Origin: a virus
Taxonomy: Duplodnaviria; Caudoviricetes
Reading direction: 5' to 3' (one strand)
IMG/VR virus record: IMGVR_UViG_3300021373_002652
Span: 4,332-68,331 of that record
DNA: 64,000 nt
The notes beneath the pieces are model-generated. The model saw only the letters and a list, made by a program, of their open reading frames with translations. It made no database searches and was not told the DNA's origin. A program made the position numbers and the translations under genes. Numbering within the stretch: position 1 is the first letter of the stretch; each line of letters begins with the position of its first letter. Below, one piece after another: positions 20,954 through 30,459 of the stretch.

Positions 20954-21014
20954 CTATTCCTAGCCACTTTATTATACGACAAGGGTTCTTTGGAATAAAT
21001 AGTAAAATAATTAC

Positions 21015-22718
21015 TTAAAGTATTGTTTTTTTCAAGATGTAATTACCAAGAACTAAAATATCCATTTCACAATTAAGGAATGTTTTAATTGCATCCTCTG
21101 GTGTTAAAACCATTGTTTGGTCTTTTAAGTTGAATGAAGTATTAATAACAATTGGATATTCATTATCCTTTTCAAGTTGTTCTAATAAGGAGTATATTCT
21201 TGGTTGAGATTTAGAATCTAAACTCTGTATTCTTGCTGATTTATCAATGTGAGTTATAGCTGGAAGTTTATTTACAAATTCATCTTTAACCTTAACCACT
21301 TGATTCATATAAGGAACAACTCTTTGATATTTAAAATATTTTACTTGTGATTCTTTTTTAACTATTGGAGCAAATGGTCTAAACCCCTCTCTCTTCTTAA
21401 TCATTTTATTTAGTCGAGATTTCATTTGAGGGTCTCGTGGGTTTGCTAATATAGAACGATTACCCAATGCTCTTGCACCAAATTCCATTCTACCCTCAAA
21501 CCAACCAATAATATTTCCATCAGTAATTTCTTTTGAAATAGTTTTTATCAATAAACTATCAACAACATACTCACCATAAACATATTTAGTATATCTATCT
21601 ATTACATTTTTAATTTCAGTTTTAGAATACTCTGGCCCAAGATATGGATTAGTATTTATTTTTCTCAACGATACATTGTTTGTATAATAGTGATGAAGAG
21701 CACATCCAATAGAAGAACCAGCATCAGATGGAGCAGGTGGAATCCATAAATTATTATATGAGGTTTGTTTTAATATCTTTCCATTAGCCGTACCATTATA
21801 AGCACACCCACCACTTAAACATAAGTTTCGTGATGGTGAAAGTTCGTAGGCATGATTTACTAAATTAAAAAAGTATTTTTCGTAAATAGATTGTACAGAT
21901 GCCGCTAAATCTTTATGTTCTTGTGTTAGTGGTTCTTCGGGTAATCTATTTTCTATTCCAAGTTCCATTCCAAGTTTTTCATTAAACATATGTGTATCTG
22001 AATACTCGTATGTAAAAAACTTCATGTTTAATTTAAAACCACCATCATAAGTATCTTCAATAATAGAAGAAAATCTATCTATGTATTTAGAAGAATCTCC
22101 ATATGGAGCTAATCCCATCATTTTATATTCACCCTCGTTTGGTTTGAATCCAAGGAAAGCAGTCATCGCTGAGTAAAACATTCCAAGTGAATGTGGGAAT
22201 TTAATAGATTTTAATTTTTTTAAGGTGTTTCTATTTCCTTCATATATCGTAGTTGTTTCCCACTCACCAACACCATCAACAGAAACAATAATAGCATTAT
22301 TATATGGTGAAGTATAATAGGAATATGCGGCATGAGATAAGTGATGTTCGTAAAAAGAAACAGTTGTTTTGTTACCAACATAAGAATTAATATCTAACAT
22401 TAAATCTTGATAAGATATTGTATTTCTTTTAACAATATTTCTTCTGTTAAAATAATTTAGTATTCCACCTTTTTTTGTAGAGGTTTCAATCCTATCTAAT
22501 TTTTCAATAGGAGATTCGTAGAAACAAATTGCTTCTAAATCATTTTTGGTAACATTAAATTCTTTTAATAACCACTTAATTGTATTATGTGGAAAGGATG
22601 AATCGTGTTTTATGCCTGTAAATCTTTCTTCTTCACATCCTCCTAAAACAATTCCATCTTTAATTAAAGAGGCGGCCGAATCGTGATAACCACAACTAAT
22701 TCCTAATATATAACCCAT
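21015..22718 (-). CDS. Carbamoyltransferase (NodU/CmcH/TobZ family)
   Basis: YHDSAA, EEERFTGIKH, EHHLSHAA, DGVGE, EYKMMGL, EFGARALGNRS, REGFRPFAP, NTSFN. Confidence 0.95.
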   Translation of the reverse strand: MGYILGISCGYHDSAASLIKDGIVLGGCEEERFTGIKHDSSFPHNTIKWLLKEFNVTKNDLEAICFYESPIEKLDRIETSTKKGGILNYFNRRNIVKRNTISYQDLMLDINSYVGNKTTVSFYEHHLSHAAYSYYTSPYNNAIIVSVDGVGEWETTTIYEGNRNTLKKLKSIKFPHSLGMFYSAMTAFLGFKPNEGEYKMMGLAPYGDSSKYIDRFSSIIEDTYDGGFKLNMKFFTYEYSDTHMFNEKLGMELGIENRLPEEPLTQEHKDLAASVQSIYEKYFFNLVNHAYELSPSRNLCLSGGCAYNGTANGKILKQTSYNNLWIPPAPSDAGSSIGCALHHYYTNNVSLRKINTNPYLGPEYSKTEIKNVIDRYTKYVYGEYVVDSLLIKTISKEITDGNIIGWFEGRMEFGARALGNRSILANPRDPQMKSRLNKMIKKREGFRPFAPIVKKESQVKYFKYQRVVPYMNQVVKVKDEFVNKLPAITHIDKSARIQSLDSKSQPRIYSLLEQLEKDNEYPIVINTSFNLKDQTMVLTPEDAIKTFLNCEMDILVLGNYILKKTIL

Positions 22719-22730
22719 TGATTTTATTTT

Positions 22731-23480
22731 CTATAAATAATCAGTATCTATATAATCATCTTTACTCCAAAATGATTTAGTTTTTTCACTTCTAAAATCA
22801 CCATATTCAAGATAGTCATTTAACATTTTTTTCTGGTGTGTTTTCATTACATTTACAACTTTAGTAATGTAGTGAGTTTTACAATCGGTCATTTCTCTAA
22901 TGAGAAGATATAAATGTTTTTTGTTAAAGTTTTCTATATGTTCACTTCTTCTAAATAATTCCAATACCGCATCTGCTATTTGTAAATCTCTTTTCTTAGT
23001 GAATACTGAGTTTAGATTTTCATCCCAATATTCTAACATAAGTTGTTTAAAATCTTTGAACTCATTATTCTCTTCTACTTCTGTAAAATCATTTTCAGGA
23101 TTCCATGTTTCTGGCATTTCTGAAAGAAGTGCGTTTTGTTTCCATCTTTTGTAGTTACCATTATTCTTTAAAATTAAATGGTTCTTTGCAATAATAGTGA
23201 AGTAAGAAAATGCTCTACCCTTACCTTCTTTAAACATATGCATTTTTTCTACCATTGTAGAAACTACTTCCGTTTGGATATCTTTTTTTGGTACATCAAA
23301 ATATGAAAACTTGAAAGTATTAATAACATTTTCCGCAAGTTTTTCGAATGGATACTTAATTCGTTCTTCATAAATTACAGACCGTATTTTTGGGTCATCA
23401 CAATTATTATATTCAACTATTGCTTCTTGTGCAGGTGTACCAAAATATATTTTGGATTTTTTTCTTCTTTTCTTTGGCAT
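22731..23480 (-). CDS. Phage sigma factor (T4 gp55-like, probably late)
   Basis: KLAENVINTFKFSYF and F..GKGRAFSYFTIIAKN region-2 signature. Confidence 0.75.
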   Translation of the reverse strand: MPKKRRKKSKIYFGTPAQEAIVEYNNCDDPKIRSVIYEERIKYPFEKLAENVINTFKFSYFDVPKKDIQTEVVSTMVEKMHMFKEGKGRAFSYFTIIAKNHLILKNNGNYKRWKQNALLSEMPETWNPENDFTEVEENNEFKDFKQLMLEYWDENLNSVFTKKRDLQIADAVLELFRRSEHIENFNKKHLYLLIREMTDCKTHYITKVVNVMKTHQKKMLNDYLEYGDFRSEKTKSFWSKDDYIDTDYL

Positions 23481-23481
23481 A

Positions 23482-23757
23482 TTATAATTCGTTATTTAAA
23501 TCTTCTACTATTTTTTTTAATTCGTTAAAGGTAACCCCAACCTCATCATCCTTTTCAAAGGCTTCTCTATTGTCTAATTTTCGCATTTTATCTAAAGAAA
23601 TACTAACCCTATCTCTAATTGAATATATTGTTTCAACAACTCTATCTTCGAGTTGTTCATTTTGGCGTATAAGGTTTCGTACACCTACCAATAATATTAA
23701 GTTTAATAATACTGAAAAACCTATAACGATATTATAGGTTGTAAATAATTCTAACAT
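23482..23757 (-). CDS. Single-pass membrane protein
   Basis: N-terminal TM helix, FEKDDEVG motif. Confidence 0.6.
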   Translation of the reverse strand: MLELFTTYNIVIGFSVLLNLILLVGVRNLIRQNEQLEDRVVETIYSIRDRVSISLDKMRKLDNREAFEKDDEVGVTFNELKKIVEDLNNEL

Positions 23758-23764
23758 AACTTTT

Positions 23765-24367
23765 TTAATTTAATTTTATATCATAACCACTAAACTTATC
23801 CATGTAAGAAGTGATTTTTGTTCCATTACCATCTCTAAACACCTTACCATTTCTAAAGTATCTTTTTACAGAACCCTGTCCTCCGAGGTGAGCCGCGGCT
23901 AATATACCACTTTCAGAAATATACATACCATCAATTGTTTCTCCATCGAATAAATCAATATACTTTTGTAGTTTTTCTTTGTTGTGATTTAATAAAGCCA
24001 TCATTGCTGAATCTTGTAGTTGTGGATTACTAAGGAATTCATTTTTAGAAACATCAAATCCTAAACCTTTTAATGTTGATTTACCGAATTGATATCTACC
24101 CATGTATCCCCATTTGTTTGTGATATCATATCTGTTACCACTTTCTCTAAATCCTATATCACTTAAGAACCTTTGTAGTTCATCATCATGATATTGTTGG
24201 ATTCTTTCTTCTTCGAGTTTTTTTAATTCTAACTCTTGAATCTTTTTTTGTTCTTGTAATTCTTGTAATGTTATTTCTGAAGCTTTAAATTCAGAATTCA
24301 TTGCCGAATCAATCATTCCAACCGATAGTAGTGAAACTATCAACGTAAATATAATGTGTTTTTTCAT
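23765..24367 (-). CDS. Lysozyme/transglycosylase-like protein with N-terminal signal or anchor
   Basis: FRESGNRY..GYMGRYQFG..ILAAAHLGG; probable start MKKHII at 24367 with AGAGGAG RBS. Confidence 0.75.
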   Translation of the reverse strand: MKKHIIFTLIVSLLSVGMIDSAMNSEFKASEITLQELQEQKKIQELELKKLEEERIQQYHDDELQRFLSDIGFRESGNRYDITNKWGYMGRYQFGKSTLKGLGFDVSKNEFLSNPQLQDSAMMALLNHNKEKLQKYIDLFDGETIDGMYISESGILAAAHLGGQGSVKRYFRNGKVFRDGNGTKITSYMDKFSGYDIKLN

Positions 24368-24397
24368 AAAGTCTCCTCTTTGATTAAACATACTTCA

Positions 24398-24429
24398 CTA
24401 ATATACGAAAAAAATTTCATATATCCAAA
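24398..24429 (-). promoter_or_regulatory. Early/host-sigmaA-type promoter
   Basis: TTTGGATATATGAAATTTTTTTCGTATATTAG. Confidence 0.75.
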
Positions 24430-24449
24430 TAAAAACGGAAAAATTTTAA

Positions 24450-24701
24450 TTATGCTTCTCCATGTGGGCCGAAGTACATCCCACTAATAACTACATCTTC
24501 ACCTAATTCTGAAGATTCTTCTTGTAGTGAATCGAGAATATTATCCATATCATCGATATTTTTTTGTATCTTAGATTCTAACTCTTTTTCTGTAATCATA
24601 CCATTCTCTAATATAACATCAATAAGTGTTTGCATGATAATATTCTGAGTTAATAATCTATCATTTAATTTTTTTATTGCCACCTTTGATATTGAGTTCA
24701 T
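24450..24701 (-). CDS. Hypothetical protein
   Basis: ORF in gene-dense strand context; start uncertain. Confidence 0.55.
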   Translation of the reverse strand: MNSISKVAIKKLNDRLLTQNIIMQTLIDVILENGMITEKELESKIQKNIDDMDNILDSLQEESSELGEDVVISGMYFGPHGEA

Positions 24702-24927
24702 CTAATAATTCCTTTATTGTGTTTGGGTCATCCTGTCCAAAAACTAAATCTCCAAATGCTTTTGTTATTGATTTGTTACCATAACCAATGGCGGATGCCA
24801 TTCTTACACAGACTATTTTGTATTCATTAATGTCCATATCATCTGGTACATCAAGCTCTACTTTATTAGCTTCTCTATTGTTCTCGATAAAATCCTTGTC
24901 TGTATATGTAAATATAAGTTTTCCCAT
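24661..24927 (-). CDS. Hypothetical protein
   Basis: 88-aa ORF in operon. Confidence 0.6.
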   Translation of the reverse strand: MGKLIFTYTDKDFIENNREANKVELDVPDDMDINEYKIVCVRMASAIGYGNKSITKAFGDLVFGQDDPNTIKELLDELNIKGGNKKIK

Positions 24928-24939
24928 GTTTTCGTTTAA

Positions 24940-25551
24940 TTATAAGATTTCCGCACCTAACTTTAACATAGGTTCTGCCTTCTTGTATTTCATAAATTCG
25001 GTATCTCCACTTGGTAATTTAACCATTACTCTTTCGTTTCTACCATATTTTTTTGCTCGAGTAATAGTTTGAGTATATCTTCTTGATGAGTCTGTAATTA
25101 GAACTCCATTTAGATGGTCTATCTCATGTTGAGCACAAACTGTTTCCAACAACCCTTCATCAGAAAAGAACTCATTAGAATCTTTCCAATCTGTTTTTGT
25201 TGGTGAAAACTCTACTATACCTAAGTTATCTGTTTCAACTTTAAATGATTTATGTCTTACTGTTTTAACTGGTTTACGAATTGATTTTGGGATAGATAAA
25301 CATTGTTCTACATAAGCAACAGTATCTTCTGATACTTCTAAAACCTTTGGGTTTATCAATACTAAAGGCTCAGTAACGTTAATTACACACGCCCTAACAT
25401 CTAATCCTATTTGGTTTGCCGATAATCCTATTCCTCCATGTTTTGTTAGTTCTTGTAATAGAGTTGTTGATATTTCATCAATCTCTACTTGAGTCATGGG
25501 AGTTGGTTCAATTGCTTTTCTTATTTTATTTGGGTCTTTAATTAATCTCAT
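24940..25551 (-). CDS. def: Peptide deformylase
   Basis: GIGLSANQIG, EQCLS (variant of EGCLS), QHEIDHLNG. Confidence 0.92.
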   Translation of the reverse strand: MRLIKDPNKIRKAIEPTPMTQVEIDEISTTLLQELTKHGGIGLSANQIGLDVRACVINVTEPLVLINPKVLEVSEDTVAYVEQCLSIPKSIRKPVKTVRHKSFKVETDNLGIVEFSPTKTDWKDSNEFFSDEGLLETVCAQHEIDHLNGVLITDSSRRYTQTITRAKKYGRNERVMVKLPSGDTEFMKYKKAEPMLKLGAEIL

Positions 25552-25766
25552 TCAAATATGTTTAATTGATTTGTAACTTTTTTTCTTGTTGAAGAAGGAG
25601 CTCCCCAACCTCTAACATAAACTGTTTTACCCTTGTCAGGTGATTCAAATATTTTTATATCTTTATGTTCTTCTAAAATTTTTTCTCTTCGTAAGTAAAT
25701 CTCTCTTACTGCTTTACCAAGTTCCATATCATTTGGAAACTCTTTTACTAATCGTTCTATATCCAT
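25548..25766 (-). CDS. Hypothetical protein
   Basis: FPNDMELGKAVR, IFESPDKGKTVY; probable start MDIER at 25766. Confidence 0.6.
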   Translation of the reverse strand: MDIERLVKEFPNDMELGKAVREIYLRREKILEEHKDIKIFESPDKGKTVYVRGWGAPSSTRKKVTNQLNIFE

Positions 25767-26239
25767 TATTCTGCTATATTTAAATATTTTTCTAATAACC
25801 ATGATGAAGATTGAATCTTATCTCCCAATCCCCATACTGATTCTATTCCATATGAATTACATACATCATTCTCTGGTGTGGTTGTTTCGGTTCTATCACC
25901 ACCATTACCAAATGCCATTACACCTTTTGGTAAATCACCATTTTCGTGTATATACTTTCTTCTTGCATGGTCGATGAAATCTATTGCTGTATCATCTCCA
26001 TGTATAAGTGGATTCATTATATAAACATAATCCACATCTCTTAAGGATTCCATTATGAAAGCTCTTTCATCTTCTTTCATAAATGATTTCCCCTTTTTTC
26101 TATGTAACCAACTATCATTATTTAATCCTATCCAAACTTCATCTGCTAACTTTTTAGCATTTTGGATACACTCGATATGGCCTTTATGAACAGGGTCAAA
26201 TCCTCCACTAATTAATATTACTTTGTATTTTTTTGCCAT
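25766..26239 (-). CDS. Cytidylyl/adenylyltransferase (HIGH family)
   Basis: SGGFDPVHKGH, GLNNDSWL.RKKG, FGNGGDR, KIQSSS. Confidence 0.9.
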   Translation of the reverse strand: MAKKYKVILISGGFDPVHKGHIECIQNAKKLADEVWIGLNNDSWLHRKKGKSFMKEDERAFIMESLRDVDYVYIMNPLIHGDDTAIDFIDHARRKYIHENGDLPKGVMAFGNGGDRTETTTPENDVCNSYGIESVWGLGDKIQSSSWLLEKYLNIAE

Positions 26240-26257
26240 TATAAACTATTTGTTATA

Positions 26258-26289
26258 CAAATATACGAAAATTATTTAACATATCCAAA
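26258..26289 (-). promoter_or_regulatory. Early/host-sigmaA-type promoter
   Basis: TTTGGATATGTTAAATAATTTTCGTATATTTG. Confidence 0.78.
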
Positions 26290-26290
26290 T

Positions 26291-27256
26291 TTATTTCCAA
26301 TTAAATCCTGCACCCATGTGTCCATATGATGCTGATTCTCCAAATATTGGTTTTCTAAGTTCTAAGAAATCTATAATTCCTTTTGGTGATAAATCATATC
26401 CTTTAATAAATTCATGTTCTCCATCAACGATTGCAGTTGCTTGTAGAGGTTGGTCATACCCAATTGCATAAGCAAGTTGAACCATAACTTCTTTTACCTC
26501 TGGTCTTTGTTCTAATATATCCACCGCAATTCTTCTTCCCATATATGCCGCACTTCTATCTACCTTTGTAGAATCCTTACCACTAAACGCTCCTCCACCT
26601 ATTGGAACTCTTGGGCCGTAATTATCTACTGCTAACTTTCTACCAGTTAATCCAGCATCAGCAGTAAACCCACCAATGTTCCAATCACCTGCAGGATTAC
26701 AATGTAATGATTCAATATGGTATTGTGGATATCTACTAAAGAATCCTCCGACTAACCCTTCTAACATTTCAGTTGGTGCATTTTGGAATGAACATACAAC
26801 TCTTAGTGAGTTACCATTCATTGTTACTTGTGTCTTACCATCATATGGATATTTATCAAATACAAATTTATTAAGTTCTCTTGATAGATAATATTCTTGT
26901 GGTAAGAATTGTTCGTTATCTCTACAAGCATAACCAATCATTATTCCTTGGTCACCTGCTCCACCAGTATCAACTCCATTTGCAATCTCTGGTGATTGTG
27001 AGTTGATATTAATGATAACATTAATTGTATCATCCGTAGTTACATCATGAACTACCTTTACAATGTTTTCTCTTGTTACTACGGCGTTTGAAGTAACTTC
27101 TCCTGTGATATAAACTTCTCCCATACCACCACAAGTTTCAATTGCACATCGTGAGTTTGGGTCTTGTTGTAGGTGTAAATCTAAAAGTGTATCTGATATT
27201 CTATCACACATTTTGTCTGGGTGCATCGGTGATACACATTCTGCTGTTCTAATCAT
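26291..27256 (-). CDS. metK: S-adenosylmethionine synthetase
   Basis: HPDKMCDRISD, GAGDQG, DAGLTGRK, GGGAFSGKDSTKVDRS. Confidence 0.96.
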   Translation of the reverse strand: MIRTAECVSPMHPDKMCDRISDTLLDLHLQQDPNSRCAIETCGGMGEVYITGEVTSNAVVTRENIVKVVHDVTTDDTINVIININSQSPEIANGVDTGGAGDQGIMIGYACRDNEQFLPQEYYLSRELNKFVFDKYPYDGKTQVTMNGNSLRVVCSFQNAPTEMLEGLVGGFFSRYPQYHIESLHCNPAGDWNIGGFTADAGLTGRKLAVDNYGPRVPIGGGAFSGKDSTKVDRSAAYMGRRIAVDILEQRPEVKEVMVQLAYAIGYDQPLQATAIVDGEHEFIKGYDLSPKGIIDFLELRKPIFGESASYGHMGAGFNWK

Positions 27257-27437
27257 AATCTATTGAATTTGTTATAAGTGTTGTTATAATGTATAAAAGA
27301 AATATTGGTGCAGGACAAAAGAATAATATAATAAATACCAATCTCCATAACAATGGGTCTGTATCAAAATATTCTCCTAAACCACCACATATACCTGATA
27401 GTATTCTGTTTGATTTACTTCTGTAAAATTTTTTCAT
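27249..27437 (-). CDS. PspC-domain membrane protein
   Basis: FYRSKSNRILSGICGGLGEYFDTDPLLWRL. Confidence 0.88.
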   Translation of the reverse strand: MKKFYRSKSNRILSGICGGLGEYFDTDPLLWRLVFIILFFCPAPIFLLYIITTLITNSIDYD

Positions 27438-27536
27438 TTACTTAATTTTTGTTGAAGTTTTTGGATTTGTGCCTTAATCTTCTGTGTTTGTGGTTTTATA
27501 AGTTTTAATTCTAAAATTTTTTTAATTATTTCTTTA

Positions 27537-27707
27537 TTATCCATTTTTTATTTGGTTTTTTAAATCTTTATATTTTTTATTCCACTTAGAAATTTCTTCC
27601 TTATAACCTTCTTTAATTAATTCTTGTTTTTCAAGTTTTAATTTAAGTTCTTTATTTTCTTTTTCGAGTTGTTGAATCTTAATCTCGTATAATCTTTTAT
27701 GTTCCAT
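27537..27707 (-). CDS. Small coiled-coil hypothetical protein
   Basis: Probable start MEHKR at 27707. Confidence 0.5.
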   Translation of the reverse strand: MEHKRLYEIKIQQLEKENKELKLKLEKQELIKEGYKEEISKWNKKYKDLKNQIKNG

Positions 27708-27708
27708 C

Positions 27709-27945
27709 TTAATTACACTTATTTTTAATTTCATTATATAGTTCATCAGCATATCCTGCTGGATTTTCTATATGTTGAGCAGTAGATTCCATTTTACCTA
27801 TTAAACAATTTTTAAAATGTTTACCACTTTTACCTTTTAATAAAGTTTCTATTGCACATGCTTTCATCCAAGTTCTTGGGTCATTCCCTTGAACTGATTT
27901 TTTAACATTGTTAATTGCTTCAATACATATTACTGGATTTGCCAT
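27709..27945 (-). CDS. Hypothetical Cys-containing protein
   Basis: 78-aa ORF in operon. Confidence 0.55.
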   Translation of the reverse strand: MANPVICIEAINNVKKSVQGNDPRTWMKACAIETLLKGKSGKHFKNCLIGKMESTAQHIENPAGYADELYNEIKNKCN

Positions 27946-27948
27946 AAT

Positions 27949-28146
27949 TTATTTGTTTTTGTTTTTCATTCCAAAGTAAGTTCCTAATATTCCTATTATA
28001 CCTGTAATTGATATTTGTATCAAATGTATAATTGATTCATCTACTGGTCTGTTTTCTTTTAAAGAAATAATAAAATCTCCTATTATTAACATTCCAAGTA
28101 AAATGATTATACCTATTGATAAAAGAAATACTATCTTATCTTTCAT
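27949..28146 (-). CDS. Small two-TM membrane protein
   Basis: Two hydrophobic helices ending GTYFG. Confidence 0.6.
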   Translation of the reverse strand: MKDKIVFLLSIGIIILLGMLIIGDFIISLKENRPVDESIIHLIQISITGIIGILGTYFGMKNKNK

Positions 28147-28147
28147 T

Positions 28148-29056
28148 TTAATTTGATAAAGGTGCTTTAATACTTGGATGTGATTGGTAATTCAAAATCT
28201 CATAATCAAATTCACCGTTTAGAATATCTACATTTGATATATTCACATATGGTAATTCAAATGAACTTCTAACTCTTTGTTCTTCAGCCTGTTCTAAATG
28301 ATTTAAATATAAATGAGTATCTCCTAAGTTTCCTATTAACTCACCTGGTTCTAAATTAGTTTCTTTACATAATAGTAGTAATAACATCCCATAAGATGCA
28401 ATATTAAATGGTAACCCTAAGAACGTATCAACACTTCTCTGATTCCATAGTAGTGATAATCTACCATCTTGAACATAACATTGGAATCCATAGTGACAAG
28501 GTGGAAGTGTCATCTCATCTATCCTTTGAACATTCCACGCATTAACCATCAATCTTCTACTATCAGGATTTTCATTAATATTTTCTATAAGATTTTTAAT
28601 CTGGTCTATTTTATATGTTGGTGATGAACCATATCTTTTACTAACACTTCTCCATTGTTTACCATAAACAGGACCAAGTTCTCCCCATACTCTTGCAAAA
28701 GATTCATCTGTTTTAATTTTATCTACAAACTCTTTAAGTGTAAGTTCATCTCTATCGAGTTCATACATACACGCTCTTTGATATTGTTTGTAAGCATCTC
28801 CATTCCAAATATTACATCCGTTATTAACAAGATATTTTATATTGGTATCTCCTTTGAGAAACCATTTCAGTTCTGTCATGATTGATTTTATTGCCATCTT
28901 CTTTGTTGTAAGAAGTGGAAATCCTTCACTCATCTTATGTCTTATTTGTTTACCGAAAATAGATTTTGTACCTGTTCCAGTCCTATCGGTTTTTTCTTTT
29001 CCATCAAGTATTATTTCTTGAAGTAATTTTTGGTATTCTAAGTCTAAGTTATTCAT
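28148..29056 (-). CDS. thyA: Thymidylate synthase ThyA
   Basis: DRTGTGT, FPLLTTKK, LPPCH, QRSVDTFLGLPFN, HLYLNH; probable start MNNLD at 29056. Confidence 0.97.
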   Translation of the reverse strand: MNNLDLEYQKLLQEIILDGKEKTDRTGTGTKSIFGKQIRHKMSEGFPLLTTKKMAIKSIMTELKWFLKGDTNIKYLVNNGCNIWNGDAYKQYQRACMYELDRDELTLKEFVDKIKTDESFARVWGELGPVYGKQWRSVSKRYGSSPTYKIDQIKNLIENINENPDSRRLMVNAWNVQRIDEMTLPPCHYGFQCYVQDGRLSLLWNQRSVDTFLGLPFNIASYGMLLLLLCKETNLEPGELIGNLGDTHLYLNHLEQAEEQRVRSSFELPYVNISNVDILNGEFDYEILNYQSHPSIKAPLSN

Positions 29057-29062
29057 ATTATA

Positions 29063-29094
29063 CAAATATACGAAATTTATTTTATATTTCCAAG
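29063..29094 (-). promoter_or_regulatory. Early/host-sigmaA-type promoter
   Basis: CTTGGAAATATAAAATAAATTTCGTATATTTG, within the 3' end of the helicase gene. Confidence 0.72.
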
Positions 29095-30459
29095 TCTTTC
29101 TATTTCTTTTTTAATTTTTATATTCCAAGGCCCCCAAGTTATGTTATCTACCATCCACTTTCTATAATATGGAGGAATAGATGCAACTGGTTTACCTTTA
29201 TATTTTCCAAAGGTCATATAAACTTTTTCTATATCACCATCTTCGTTTTTCTTTTCTGAAAGGTTAATACCTCCCTCTAAGTGGATTCCTATTTCGTGCA
29301 TTGGAATACCTGTAAGTTGCTTTTTACCTTCTCCAAACAATTCCCATTCTTCACCACCAGTATCTTTGTAATAAAGTTCTTCTACTTTACCAAATCTTTC
29401 AACTGAACCTACAAAATCCACAACTAAACAATTTTCTTTTTGTGGATGAATACGAGTTCCTCTACCAACAAACTGATACCACCAAGAGATTGATGATGTT
29501 GGTCTACCTGTAATCAAACAATCTAATTCAGGATAATCGAATCCAACTGTAAGTACATTAACTTGTACAATAACTCGTATCTGTTGATTTCTAAACTCTT
29601 CAATAATTCTTTTTCTATCTTGAGTTGGTGTTCCACCATGTACTACTGCTGATTGTGGAATCTTTCTTGCAAGTTCTGTTGCTTGTTCTATCGTTGGTAC
29701 TGCTACAAGAATTGATTTTCTATCATATACTTCTTCAACCTTCTTTACAATCTTATCACCAATGTTTTGGTTTTCATAAGAACGAGCAATAGATTCTTGT
29801 GTATATTCAGCACCACTTGAATTGTAAACTAAGGCACCTGTATCGAAATCATAAGACTGATATTCTAAAGGACTCCAATATTTTAACTTAACAATATCTT
29901 GAATCTGAGAAACATGAAGTATGTATTTAAAAAACGTTCCATGTTTAGAACGATTTGTTAACATCACCAACTTTGAATATGGGCCAGTATCTCCCATGTT
30001 GGTTTGTAATTTTAAGGGGGTAGCAGTAAGACCAAGTACATGAGATGCTTTCATACCGTCCACAAACCTTCGAAGTTGACCGGATTTGTTCCTCGGATAC
30101 CTATCACACTCATCGATTATAATCTTAGTGACCCCCATCTCTTTAAACTTATACGCTATATTGATAATAGAACCAATTGTTGCGTAAGTTACATCACCCA
30201 TTTCTTTACTTCCCATTGAAGCAGAATAGATAGATGCCTCTCCTCCGAGAGTTATAAACTTGTTATAGTTTTGTTCTAATAATTCTTTAGAAGGTTGTAG
30301 AACCAAAATCTTTTCACCAAGTTCTTTTGCAATTGCAGCGATAACAATCGATTTACCGAAAGCAGTTGGTGCTACGATAATCGATGGTTTCATTTTTGGA
30401 GTTCGTAAAAACTCAACTCCAATTGCTACTGGTTCTATTTGGTTTTCTCTTAATTTCAA
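29077..30459 (-). CDS. Superfamily 2 helicase (RadD/UvsW-like) with C-terminal FGKYKG domain
   Basis: APTAFGKS, IIDECD, LTATP, LTVGFDYP, QFVGRGTR, MTFGKYKG. Confidence 0.9.
   Translation of the reverse strand: MKLRENQIEPVAIGVEFLRTPKMKPSIIVAPTAFGKSIVIAAIAKELGEKILVLQPSKELLEQNYNKFITLGGEASIYSASMGSKEMGDVTYATIGSIINIAYKFKEMGVTKIIIDECDRYPRNKSGQLRRFVDGMKASHVLGLTATPLKLQTNMGDTGPYSKLVMLTNRSKHGTFFKYILHVSQIQDIVKLKYWSPLEYQSYDFDTGALVYNSSGAEYTQESIARSYENQNIGDKIVKKVEEVYDRKSILVAVPTIEQATELARKIPQSAVVHGGTPTQDRKRIIEEFRNQQIRVIVQVNVLTVGFDYPELDCLITGRPTSSISWWYQFVGRGTRIHPQKENCLVVDFVGSVERFGKVEELYYKDTGGEEWELFGEGKKQLTGIPMHEIGIHLEGGINLSEKKNEDGDIEKVYMTFGKYKGKPVASIPPYYRKWMVDNITWGPWNIKIKKEIERLGNIK

Noticed and set aside
28148-29056. 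ThyA as a dCMP hydroxymethylase for DNA hypermodification
   Set aside because: Retains canonical ThyA motifs including the dUMP-specifying Asn in GLPFN
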